This document shows, in pieces, positions 17,222-29,649 of a stretch of DNA of 64,000 nucleotides. The stretch's first letter is position 1. Each line of letters starts with the position of its first letter. This DNA is from the human T2T-CHM13v2.0 reference genome, Homo sapiens: the NCBI RefSeq assembly GCF_009914755.1, contig NC_060926.1, one strand, 5' to 3'. The notes beneath the pieces were generated by a model. It was not told the DNA's origin and did not search any database. It worked only from the letters and a program-made list of their open reading frames with translations. Made by a program: the position numbers and the translations under genes.

Positions 17222-18449
17222 ACAATGAGATCACATGGTCACAGGAAGGGGAATATCACACTCTGGGGACTGTGGTGGGGTGGGGGGAGGGGGAGGGGTA
17301 GCATTGGGAGATATACCTAATGCTAGATGACGAGTTAGTGGGTGCAGCACACCAGCATGGCACATGTATACATATGTAACTAACCTGCACAATGTGCACA
17401 TGTACCCTAGAACTTAAAGTATAATAAAAAAAAAAAAAAGAAAAGAAACTTACTAAATGAAAAAAAAAAAAAAAAAAAGAGACCTGGGCAAAGAAAACAT
17501 TCATTAAGTAAAGGCTGGGATAAAATGAGAACACAGATATGCATACCCACACATGTAAGAGTTGGTCACAGGTTCATCTCTGAGCTTTGTATAGCCAAAG
17601 AGAAAACAAGCTAATGCTACAATTTCCAGTATCATCCAGCATTCCCTCAGGAAAAGCCCAGGTCCTGGCTTTCAGGTGGCTGATACAGAGACAGTGTTAT
17701 ACAGTAGACAACATTCTGAAAACTCCTGAGGAACATTCACATCTGTTTACAATGTAGAACTTGTTTAATCTTAGTGTTGGCCTCAAGATTTAGAGTTTCC
17801 TGTCTCTGCCACACACAGTGCAGCATCTCTTCTACACTATCCCTCCTGCAATCATCATCGAGACTCTGATTAAAGATCTCTCATCATGGGAGTGTGCTAC
17901 CTTCAGAGGCAATCAGTTCTGGAAATTTTAAGCATTTTACCATTAGCTCCAAAAGGAAAGGCCTCCGTTATTGCTCCAACCTTTAATTTTGATTCCAAAT
18001 ATAAAGACAGTAATAATACAGGTTAATACACATTTGTTACAAAACCATTAGCTTTTAGTCTGGCTCTTGGGATTATAGCCTAAAAAGCCTCCTTCAGAGG
18101 CTTATAGGCATCTGCCTGTCAACATTGGATTTCTCTTCTTCAGGTCAAACTTTCTTTTCTTGTTCCATTAACTACCACTCTCATGTCTCCCAGTGAGCTT
18201 TGAGCTCATAAAAAACAGGAGCTGTGTCATTCACATCCTCCCTGTCCCCTTGCCTGGAAATAATGACTGGATCCCTTTAACACCCCACTCATCATCTCTT
18301 GAATGGATACAGTGTGTGCATTCCTGTTAATGTGCTGCCCTTATCTGGAAGTAGTTATGTCCCAAGGAGCCTGAAGGAAAATTGTAAGCTCACTTAAACG
18401 CCCTTCCTATCATCCTAGTGACTTACATCAACACAGCATAAGATCACTT

Positions 18450-19250
18450 AGGTTTGGGCAGTCTTGTTTCACTTATGATTCACTCATTTTGCTCTTGAAC
18501 CTGAAATGCCTACATTTCTTTCCCAATATGCTGCTGAGCTAACCTAAATACAGGACCTTGTATTTATTCCCGTTGTTTTTAGTCTCATTAGAGGCAGCTC
18601 ATTACTGCAGTGTAGCAGTATATTTTTTGTATTTTAATTTTATCTCCCTCTGCCAAATTCCATATTCTTAGTCATTGAAGAACTTGTATATGACTTGTAT
18701 TGATATCATGGCTAAAACATTTGGTAGGGTTGGGTCAAGGTCAGACCTCTGGCATTATGTTAGAAACCTCTATAGGTTGATGTATTTCATTCAGCTGTTT
18801 ACAGATTGTTGAAGTCAGCAGTTGCCCTTATTCCAGCCACATTTCTATGTTAATGACAATGTGATGGAGGACTTCTAATATCATACACGCCCCACTAGAG
18901 TTTGGGCAACACTGCATTTCCATGGTTACGCTGCCACAGACATTAGGCCAGCTTAACATGACTTTTCTGTGGTGCCCCATTTTAGTTCTCACAAATCACC
19001 TCTTGGATAAAATCCTTTAAAGAATCTCACCCAAGATCTGTGTCTAGCTCTGTAGTTTGTAATGTGAAGAGTCTACCTTCCCTTTTTCCAAAAACAGCCA
19101 TGGCATTTTCCTCCTTCCAGTTTTCTGGCATGCCTTCATTCTCTGTAGAACCCTCAAAAATGGTTCAGCAACCTATCTGTAAGCTTTCCCAGGTCTCCTG
19201 AATGTGATCAGTCAAATCAAGCAAATTGAGGTCACTGAGGGAAGCGTGAG
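18450..19250 (-). mobile_element. L3/CR1 LINE fragment
   Basis: TAAATACAGGACCTTGTATTTATTCCC and AAAACATTTGGTAGGGTTGGGTCAAGGTCAGACCTCTGGCA resemble antisense CR1 RT-region sequence; boundaries approximate. Confidence 0.5.
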
Positions 19251-21139
19251 GCCTAATTTCTCACAGTCTCTTTACGATAGAAGTACTCTTTCTTTCTTTT
19301 TTTTTTTTTTTTTTTTTTGCTAGTGGAATGGAGCAATATCATTATTCTGTGACTCCAGTCTTAGCTTGATACTTTCTAATTCATTAAATGGTCTTACAAT
19401 TATGAAAACTACAAGAAAATGGATAGGAAACCTTCATAGGTTTATAACTTGTCAGCACAGTGGTATCCCTCCCCTGCCCCATGTTGGTTGTGGCATATTG
19501 AGACTGCTTCAGAGATAAGGGGTAGGGAAGTGTCTCACCCTTAGTAACGACAGGTACCATTGGCTTTGCTCCTCATCTAATGACTGTTCATGGTTGCCTG
19601 TGGTGTGTCCTAACCTTTGAGGAATCAGAATAGATATCATCCATGTCTATGAAAATTTCCTCTCCTGCCAAGCTTCTCAGCATTATATTAGTTTCTTTTA
19701 CACAGTTATAAGCTCTCTGACCCTCCTCCTCTTGACTTTAGCATTACTCCTTTGCATTTACATCTTGCCGTACTCTGCCTTGATCCTATGTTGCTGCATC
19801 AGCTAGGTGATGAGCCCCCTAATGGTCAATGTCCCTGGGAGAGTGGTACTCAGAAAGTGCTCCTCTGGGTTCATTGGTCCTGGGAAGCAGGGTCAGCAAG
19901 ATAAATACTGTGAAATTAAGTATGATATCCTCACAGTGATGTAATACAATTACCATAATATAATTCTATGTCTTTTTAACAGTAAGGCTCCTTCTATATT
20001 AATAAATAATTACTTCCCCAGTGACATTTCTGTTTCTCCTTTTCTCAAATTATCTTTGTTCACTGAATTTTTCCTTCTTTTTCTTCTTACACATTGGTTG
20101 TTTCATATTATACTCTTGACATTTAAAATTTTTGGTTCTTGGCATTATTTGTTTCACTGTTGCATAGTAACATTTTTGTTCTTTGCAACCATCTGCTTAT
20201 TTTAAGGTGTGTAATTTTTCAATGGCTGGAATACTTTTATATCTTTACTTGCCTTAAATGCTAATCTAGGATCTTTGTGTAGCATTTTTTTCCTTTATAG
20301 ACCTTAGATCTTCTCTTTAATGAGCACTTGATACAGAAAGAAGAAATTTTATTTAGTTGATAATATTTTGTTTTACATCTCAATAAGCATTCCACATACA
20401 CTAAAAAATATAGATTGCCATAAAATTATTACATTGTATAAAGAACTAGCCATTTTTATCAGTGAGGAAGTGAGGCTCAGCAAGGTAGAAACTCCCCCCA
20501 GGGCACTTAGGTTTTCATCCTACTCATCTCATGTCTCAGGATCCTTCTATTCATACTTGAGAAGATCCTGCCTGCAGTTCAAAGTCTATCTAGGCCTTAT
20601 GTGCCATGAAAATGAGAGATTGAGAATTCACTTGCTAGATAGAGCAGGCAAGAGAACTCATGAGGCTGGGGAAATGCACAGATAAACTAATCAGACCCAC
20701 TATCCATTTATGCCTATTAATATGGCAAGAATAAAACAACCACCAGCAGAAACCTGAAACTTAGACCCTCTCCACTAACATTTAAGCCAGGAGAGTAGGG
20801 AAGAAGATGGGATCTCAGAGGGTGTGTACATCTCCCCTTTTACTTACGGATTATTATTTTGGAAACAGAAGACTGATACTGAAATTTGAGGGAATGGGGT
20901 AACAAGTCCCAGATCAAGCTATAGAATTGAAGACTGTGGAAGTTAATTGATTATAAATGAATAATAATAGTAGAGTAGTTTGCAAGAGAAAACTGAAGAA
21001 TGTTGAGAAAAATATTTATAGTCTCAGATGTCCCTATTTGAATATACAGAGTGACACATCTAAACAGATAGGGTCTCTCGGGCATCTTAAGACTTGGCGG
21101 GATTTGCCTAATGACTGGAATGAGACTGAAAATATATCA

Positions 21140-21290
21140 TCCTTCATTCATGTATTCATTTATTTAGCAAACATTAATTGAATACCATTTAATGTGCCAG
21201 GCACTAGGCTAGTTTCATGGTATGATAAAGACTGTACTCACTAGAAGACAGAGAGACTGATGTATAAATGAGTTATTAAAATTTTAATAA
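21140..21290 (-). mobile_element. L2 3'-end fragment
   Basis: TTCATTCATGTATTCATTTATTTAGCAAACATTAATTGAATACCATTTAATGTGCCAGGCACTAGG. Confidence 0.7.
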
Positions 21291-21972
21291 CATTTTACGC
21301 TAATCATCGTTTCCCCCTATTTTCCAAAACTGTAGGAAGTCCATATCAGGTCAGTAAGTCTTTTGACAAACACACTGCTCTCACTATGTGTTGTCTTAGG
21401 AAAGGCATTCCATCTGCTGCCAAGAACCTATTCTTCTATCATAAGCTATGGGCCTAAAAAATAGATTTTCTTTTCAACACCACATTCCTAGTTATTGTTA
21501 TCTTTGAATAATCAGATTCTTCTAAAGAAACCAAGCTAGCTATAGGACTCCACCAAGGGTGACCTTGTTGCTAGTTATTAATATGTTATATTTCTTTTAA
21601 ATAAGCAGACTTTTATTTTTAAGCCTTCTTTAGGTTTTAAACTCTTTTTTTCTTTTCTGTTGCAAAAACCTCTTCTGCAATTGGTAAAACATTCTTCTCA
21701 TGTCAGTTAACATTTGTAGATGTCTTTTTGTGTGCATATTACTTTGAAAACAGACCCCTATAGCAATCTAGAATGTTTATTATTTAGTTTCTTGATAAGT
21801 TAGTCATATTTACTTATTGGTTACCTGTTTAGAAAATTTAGCAATTTCACAAGTTTTTGATCATGGTGTGTAGACTGTAGTCTACTGTAGTTGCTAGGAA
21901 CCATCTGTAAAGCCTTGGTTCCTGCAAGGGAGCCCAGAAGAAAGTGTTAACCCTTTGCCTGCTTGATTGCAG

Positions 21973-22109
21973 GAGGAATGCCAGCTCCTGAGCAGGCCTC
22001 ATTGGTGGAGGAGGGGCAACCACAGACCCGCCAGGAAGCTGCCTCCACTGGCCCAGGCATGGAACCCGAGACCACAGCCACCACTATTCTAGCATCCGTG
22101 AAGGAGCAG
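21973..22109 (+). other. PKP4: PKP4 exon carrying the start codon (5 nt 5'UTR + 132 nt CDS)
   Basis: Acceptor CCCTTTGCCTGCTTGATTGCAG (AG 21971-21972), donor CAG|GTACAT (GT 22110-22111), phase 0. Confidence 0.93.
21978..22109 (+). CDS. PKP4: Plakophilin-4 (p0071), residues 1-44, first coding exon; CDS continues outside the window
   Basis: MPAPEQASLVEEGQPQTRQEAASTGPGMEPETTATTILASVKEQ; ILASVKEQ is the p120-catenin-family N-terminal coiled-coil signature and the leader matches PKP4 as I recall it. Confidence 0.95.
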
Positions 22110-24212
22110 GTACATCCTCGTATTGAAAGTTGCAGTGAATTATTTCTTTAATGCCTTTAAAAAATTAATCTTTGGATATGTTTTAAATTTGTGTAACGTC
22201 CTTGACGCCTTCACGTTTTCTAATTATAAGGTGTTTACATCCCTGAGTACATTGGGATGACTGGCATGTAGAGCCGCTCCAGGTGCCAGTCAGAATCGGA
22301 ACATGCAGGATACTTGTGCGTCTGCAAGTAAGGACAATCTCGATGGTGATCGGTGTCTCTGTCTCTCCCACATTGCAGAGTGTGTGCATGCACGCAAAGC
22401 TGTGTAAAGCATAGTTCTCAGTGCTGACTTTTCTATCAGGACTCTGGCAACCTGAGGCCTGTAATAGCGTTAGGTATTTTGAACATTTTAACATAGGTAG
22501 TATATAGGATTGTCTCTGTGATTTTTGGATAAAGGCTATATTTGTGTGTTTGTCTAAATTTAAGTATATTCATTTTGTGAGCTAATGTTCTAAAACTTGT
22601 CGAACTGTGCCAGTTTGCTTCAATGTCATGTTTATGTTGATTTTTTTAAGGCATTAATACTCTTTATCCTTCAAACTCAAGTAACCTTCTATATTAGGTC
22701 TTATCAGTTGTGCTTAGAGAAATTGGAATTCTGCGATTTTAATTTCTTAAGATTTCAAAGCTTAATAAGGTAAATGTAAATTTAAAGCTCCAGGGATGGT
22801 TTTTTTGTTTTTTTTTCCCTGCTTCTTCTCTCCAAAACAACATTATGTGTCCCCTGTGAGGGTTATTTTGTTGAAATAATCTAAGATTAAGTTTTTTTAA
22901 AACATCTTATAATTAAGCCACTAGATGTTTTTTTCTCAAGATAGGTAATGTTGTATTTGCTGGGATATTCCTTTGAAAGTCAGTATCAGTAACTCAAATG
23001 ATGAATGATGACGAAGATTGAGGAAACATTTATTACCTTATTGTTGTACTATTTTTCGTAACTTGGAATGTGGCATGAAAGATTGCTCTATAACCGTGAC
23101 ACATGTCTGACGTTAGAACTGTGTTTTCAAGAAAAATTATTTCAGTTTATTCTAGTAACAAGATGTCAACATTTTTTTTTATTCCTCAATGAAATTTGAA
23201 GTTTTTAAACTTTCCACAAAGAGTTTGAGAAGATGCAAGATATAGTCAGTACAATTTTCATCTTCCACCAAACTATAAAATGTCTAAGCTTCTGTTATCT
23301 TTAGGAGAGAAAAAAGGACTCTTCGATAGCACTTCATAGTTGTCAAGATTTGACCCACGGAGCCGTTAAGATGAGAAGCCTCAGATTTATTTGGGGCTCT
23401 TAGTATATACTGTGTTTTGGTGAAACGTGGTAAATTTATCAAAATGTTTAGAAATGACTTAAAACTATTAACTGCGTGCAGTAAACATAGCAATGGGAAT
23501 GTCTGTTTGTACCTTGAGACCATATACCCTACATGTAAGAAAATAAGGAAACTTGTTAAGATTTTGACACTAGAATTCCTTGATGGCCTCAAATGACTTC
23601 AAAATTTTATCTTCTGGCAGTAAATAGTGTTCTGAATAAGTATTTTGTGGGAAGTGCTAAGAAGAGTTCAGCTTCTCAAGGCAGCCAAAAATGTATTCAT
23701 CTTATTCATTAAAACAGTTATTATATATAATTGTTTAGTTTAGTGGGATGCTATACTCTAGTCTTTGGTTCTGTTCCTATCCTGAGAAATTGGAGTTCAT
23801 TAATATATATTTGCCGTTTCATACATAATTTCTTTTAAAAATTGTAAGTACTTAGCATTTCAGTTGTTTAACCCAGGATACCACATCTGTGTCTTTTTCC
23901 AAGATACTCTCCTGGTTTTAAATAGCTCCCCTGCAATTTTTGTGGCACCAGGCAAAATATAGTTGGAATAAAAATTTCTTAAGACTCTCCTGAAATATGT
24001 CACTTCCTATCATCTACCCAATGGGATAGAGCACAGAAAAGTTAGATCCAAGTAAGAAAACTAATTACCATTCACCTTATATGTTTGATTTTAAAATTTA
24101 CTGGTCAGAGTGTGACACTCTTAGCCCACTGTTACATGCAATTGCAATAAATGTTGGTCATGTTTTATATCCAAAAGAGCAATATTCTTAAATGGGATGC
24201 ATAATTATTATT

Positions 24213-24513
24213 ACTTTTTAGAGCTGGGGTCTTGCTCTGTTGCCCAGGATGGAGTACAGTGTCACCTTCTTAGCTCACTGCAGCTTCAAACTCCTGGGCT
24301 CAAGCAATCCTCCCACCTCAGCCTCCCTAGTAGCTAGGACTACAGGTGTGTGCTACCGTGCCCAGCTAATTTTTAGTTTTTAATATTTTTTTGTAGAGAT
24401 GGGGGTCTCACTACCTTGCCTAGACTGGTCTTGAACTCCTGGCCGCATGCAGTCCTCCTGCCTCAGCCTCTCTAAAGTGTGAGGATTATAAGTGTGAGCC
24501 AGTGTACCTGGCC
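24213..24513 (-). mobile_element. AluJ with TSD
   Basis: GGGTCTTGCTCTGTTGCCCAGG...CTCCTGGGCTCAAGCAATCC; TSD CATAATTATTATT at 24200-24212 and 24514-24526. Confidence 0.95.
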
Positions 24514-24689
24514 CATAATTATTATTTTTTTAAAAAGCGTCACTGCCATGCCGTAATGGTATCCACTCTGTGATCTCAAATAACAGAACTTGCTTAGTGG
24601 CAGCTGTGTCTTAGGAATGATATTTCCTTAGGTCACAAAAGGAAGGGACCCTATCAATGCAACTGGGTACATAAAATTCTGTTTTCTCT

Positions 24690-24850
24690 TTTAACCATGT
24701 GACCTTGGAAAGATTTCTTAACCTTTCTGTTCTCAGTTTGCTCATTTATAAGATGCAGATAATAATAGTGAGGACCTTAAATTAACATAGGTAAAATGCT
24801 TACAACAGTACCTGGCACTTAGTAAGGGCTAACATTACGATTGTCATCAT
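24690..24850 (+). mobile_element. MIR
   Basis: TGTGACCTTGGAAAGATTTCTTAACCTTTCTGTTCTCAGTTTGCTCATTTATAAGATG core. Confidence 0.8.
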
Positions 24851-26538
24851 CATTTCTGCATAAGAAGAAAAGGCTCCTCTTAGGAGGAGCTAGTGGTTCT
24901 ACTTGTAACCATACTAAAGATTCAGTGAGCCCTTTTTTTGGACATTGATAGCAGAAGACAAACTTTGAATATTGAGCACTGTTTATGCTGTGACAGTAGT
25001 TTACTTATGCAGACACTAAACTTTAAAAACTTCATATTGATCTCACAAAAACTGTATACATAAACATACAATTTTATGTATATGTTATGAGAAAGAGCAT
25101 ATAAAAATAAGTTTTATGAACATGCTAATTTATTGCAACCCCAAACATAATGTCAAGGCACTTGGTTAAGGAATTGCAAAGTAGTATCTTATAAAATTAA
25201 CCTGAATTTTGAGAGGAAAAGTCTGGGTTCTTCAGTAGAGTATATCTAAGCCAGTAAAATACCTCACACATACTCCCCTTGGGCAATTCATGGTAAGTGG
25301 TAGGAAAGGAAATGGCAAGCAACCAATAGCAGTCTTGTTAACAAACCGTTAGTCTATTAAATATCTGAAATTGGACATAGAGTGTCATAAAACAGTGAAA
25401 TCTTTCTTCACTGGGCTATGCTTTCCCTAGAATCCTCCAGTGCCAGAAGCTAGCTGTTCCTTGTTCTTTGGCATAATGCTAGAATTTATAATGTCTTTTA
25501 TGAAGTGATAACCTCTCACAGTGGTATCAGTCATGTGGATGCGTACCTGCGAAGGTACAGAAAAATCCTTGCTCCTTGACAGAAAGAATCCTTGCTACTT
25601 GTGTTCAAACGCTGCGTTTTTGATGAAACATACCCAGCCTGAAGTCAAATCTCTCTCCTGATCTCTTTTAGCACTTTATACTACTGCCATGACTCTTAAT
25701 AGTATGCTTCTTTGGATTTATATAATCAGTTACCTGAGGATAGAGCCGTGTTTTAGGCCTTGTTTTATACCTGTGTTACAGGTTGCTCCTCTCCCAGCAC
25801 CTTGGATATATTAGACCTGCAATAAATGGTTGTTCGAGCAGGGAATGAATAGATAATACTTACTGTCGATTACTTTGTCACCAACTTGCGGTTTTATTAA
25901 GATAACAGAACCTGTAGCCACATTCACAGAAACATTGTGAGCAAGAGAGTCTCACAGCACCTAGAAAACTTGTCACTCAGCCAAACCTTCTTAAGACAAT
26001 TTGAATTGCACTATATCCATATTGATAAAGGATTTAAATTCAATCTTTGCTTAGTACAAAATAAAATTTTATTTCATATCTATGGTCAAATAATGACATA
26101 GGTGTCATAACTTTCATCTCCCGTCTGTCCAATTTAGTCGAAAGTTAAGTTTAGGGAATAAAAGGATGTGGTTATCTTGGTGATGTCACAAAATATCCAC
26201 CAGTGTTATGTGTATCAGGTGATACGGGTAACTACTAAAGAAATGTTAAGAATTATGCTTTAAGAGAAATAAAAAGTCAATCCATGGGAATAACAAAGTA
26301 ATGTGATTCTGAAATTACAGGAAGTATCAGAACTTCGGCCACCACCTGGCTGTAATTAGGATCATCCTTTAGCAGATTCTACTGTTCAGCTCAACTCCTA
26401 ATAAGAATCCAGGAGTCCATGATGAATACAGATGTAGGAAAGGAGGAATCTCCTAATAGTTTTCAAAAATGTCTGACAAACTTGATACTGGTTAGTGCCT
26501 AGCTTACTCTCTTAGTTGTAATAACTAGATAAATACAG

Positions 26539-26827
26539 CGCTGGGCATGGTGGTTCATGCCTGTAATCCTAGCACTTTGGGAGGCTGAGGTGGGCAGATG
26601 GCTTGAGCTCAGGAGTTCAAGGCCAGCCTGGGCAACATGACAAAAACCCTGTCTCTACAAAAAATACAAAAAATTGGCCAGGTGTGATGGTGTGCGCCTG
26701 TGGTCCCAGCTACTCAGGAGAATCACTTGAGTCTGGGAGGTCAAGGCTGCAGTAAGCCGTGATCATGCCACTGCACTCCAGCCTGGGTGACAGAGCAAGA
26801 ACCTGTCTCCAAAAAAAGAAAGAAAAA
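26539..26827 (+). mobile_element. AluJb-like with small right-arm deletion
   Basis: GATGGCTTGAGCTCAGGAGTTCAAG, GGAGGTCAAGGCTGCAGT; TACTCAGGAG joined directly to AATCACTTGAG. Confidence 0.93.
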
Positions 26828-27327
26828 TGTGGTGCCCTCAAAGGATCCTGCCTCTTCCTGTGGAAACCTTAGATTAAACTGATTGATTTGTCATTGAAAT
26901 GCACAGCACACCCTTGGATGCAGAGAAATTGGAATTTGATAAGACATTCGCTGCTTATCCAGAGCCTTGCTGCTGCCCTCTGCAACTTACTTAGATGGGT
27001 CAGAATGCTCACTCACAGGCACAAGGAAACAGTGAGCCAAGCATCATGTGCAGGGTATTATTATCAAGTGGTAGAATACATTGTAGTTTTATAATGATTC
27101 CAATATGATCTCTTGGTTTTAGAAACACTCTTTAAAAGAGAACAATATGGCCAATCATGGCTAGGATTTGCAAGTATCTTTCACAAGTATCTTTGCAAGT
27201 TGATTTCTGGTTTTGTAGAATTGCACATGTAATATTCATTAGAGTTGTTCATCTTCTGTCATAAAGTTGCTTGAATAATTGAGATCTCTATTTGAACTTG
27301 GTCATACTTTTCAGGCTCTCTAACCAC

Positions 27328-27634
27328 TTTTTTTTTTTTTTTTTTTTTTTGAGACAGACTCTCGCTCTGTCATCCAGGCTGGAGTGCAGTGGTGCGATCT
27401 TGGCTCACTGCAACCTCCGCCTTCTGGGTTCAAGCAACTCTTCTGCCTCAGCCTCCCAAGAGTAGCTGAGATTACAGGTGTCTGCCACTACACCCAGTTA
27501 ATTTTTGTATTTTTAGTAGAGACGAGGTTTCTCCATGTTGGCCAGACTGGTCTCAAACTCCTGACCTCAGGTGATCTGCCCACCTTGGCCTCCCAAAGTG
27601 CTGGGATTACAGGTGTGAGCCACCACACCTGGCC
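27328..27634 (-). mobile_element. AluSx-like
   Basis: T23 then GAGACAGACTCTCGCTCTGT...ACCTCAGGTGATCTGCCC...CACACCTGGCC. Confidence 0.97.
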
Positions 27635-28362
27635 CACAAACCACATTCTTATATTTTTGGTTAATGATTTCAGAAGCTTAGAATCTAGATTTAAGGTTGA
27701 GGCCAATCCAGATAGCATGAACTGGTAAGCAAAGAATAGATTTGGTAAAATATGCTAATTTTATATGCACTCTTTTTACTCTGGTGAGGTCTCAAGTTAG
27801 ATAGTGTATGCTTCTTTTGTTATCTTTGATGAGTGAAAATTGCAATGTTCCTCATCTGTGTGGCTCTTAAAGAGAATACCACTTTCAATATATTTTCTGG
27901 CTTTTGTGAAAATAACCATTCTATCTTCAGTATGTCCTTATTAACTTAAGTGATATTTAAATATCAAAGAGTGAAATGAGAGCCAGAGATCCTTAATTTT
28001 TTGAAGATAAAATAAGAAAATCTGAAGCCCAACTGTGTCCTATTGATGTTACTTCATTTTTACATAGATATCTTAGCTTCAGTAATTACACACCCTTCCT
28101 GTATGGCAAAATGCCCAGAAGTGAACAAATTCCAGTACAATTATTTACTTTATTCCTCTGGAACTGAAACAACTCAGCTGTTACACACCTGCCTTTGTAA
28201 CTTCCTTTTGTTTGGCCCCTATGCTTATTTTCAATGAAATAGTCCTCTCTGACACACCTCAGCCACATGCAGAAGAGAGAATTTTTATTTCAGCTGTAAA
28301 CAAGCATAGTTTGTCACTTAACTAGAAGTCTTGTGCTGTAAGTACAATGCCTGAAACTTCTG

Positions 28363-28410
28363 ATTTTTCCAATTGGCAACTTAGTTATTTTTCCAATTGG
28401 TAACTGAATT
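28363..28410. repeat. Two-copy 24-bp tandem repeat
   Basis: ATTTTTCCAATTGGCAACTTAGTT / ATTTTTCCAATTGGTAACTGAATT. Confidence 0.85.
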
Positions 28411-29521
28411 ATCCTGGCAGTTATTGTTACCGTGTAACCCACAGTGAAGTTTTCAGTGCCTGAACTGCAGCATCTAACCCAAGATAAGATTGGATCTCAG
28501 TGGTTTTTGAGGGATCATCAAATTTTACAGCTTTATCTCCATAATATTATAAAAATGAGGTTCAAAATGAGGACAAATGGCAGAGCCTTGTGACACTGTT
28601 TGGCTTGTATTCAAGAATTCTGAACTCTAAAATGGCTCTCAGGAGATCAGTCCTCTTAAGTTGCATGTACCATGGTCAGAATTTAACATTTCCCTTCATT
28701 TTGTTAACGATGCAGGGTGTCCTCCACCTCAAGCGTCCCTGTGATTAAAGAATACTACAGAGTATGGCCAACAGGTTTATTCAGTATTTGAGTACTGCCC
28801 ACTCCTCAAAGAAGTTGTCCTTCTCAACATCAAAAAATTAGACTGCCAAGAGGTAGCTAACAACAAGCATATGCATTTGGCTACCTGCCTACATTTTCCG
28901 ATAGTCTGATGAATGATCAGATGGAACTGCTAGCAAAGCTTCCAGTCTTATATGTCCTCAACTATATATTCAGAATAACTTAGTATTTGTTCTCTTTGAT
29001 TTCATCGGAAGCATCATTTTAGGTTGTATTGACACTGAGGGGTTTGTTTGAAAGACTGTTCTATGAACTTGAACAGACTCCATGTGGCTGTTCACACATA
29101 ACTGGATCACACATTCAAACATGGAAAACATAGTAGGTGCCCAAAATATTTATTAGTTAATGAACTAAAAATGTAAACATGTTTACAGTGCCTCCATACT
29201 TAGATTAAGCTTGCTTTTAATTAATTAAAAAATGTTTATTTAAAGACTACTCTGAGCAAAGCACTTTGTCAAGGAATGGGTTGAGGGGGATAAGTAGACA
29301 TATAAAGTTGACCTATTTCATATAGTTTCTACTCTCAGAAGAATGCAGAGGCACAAACCGTATTTATACTTCAATATAGAGTAATTGACACATTATGAAT
29401 ATTCATTAATTGATGCATAAGAGACAAGAATGTGTGTACTTTTGCCCCCTTTTAGTTTAAACAGGCTATCAGTATGTATTATGTCAGTTTTATGTAAGTT
29501 TGTTAACTTAGGCATTTTTAG

Positions 29522-29649
29522 GTTTAATTTTTACCACTGAATTACCATTAGCTTTTATTTACATTTGAAAGTAATAGAATATTTTTGTTTAATTTTTACC
29601 ATTGAATTAGCATTGTTTCGTTTACATTTGAAAATGATAGAATATTTTT
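29522..29649. repeat. Two-copy ~64-bp diverged tandem duplication
   Basis: GTTTAATTTTTACCA(C/T)TGAATTA...TTTACATTTGAAA...ATAGAATATTTTT at 29522-29586 and 29587-29649. Confidence 0.9.

Noticed and set aside
21963-22151. 62-aa ORF as a standalone gene
   Set aside because: It is the PKP4 exon read from an intronic TTG and through the donor at 22110; only 21978-22109 is coding
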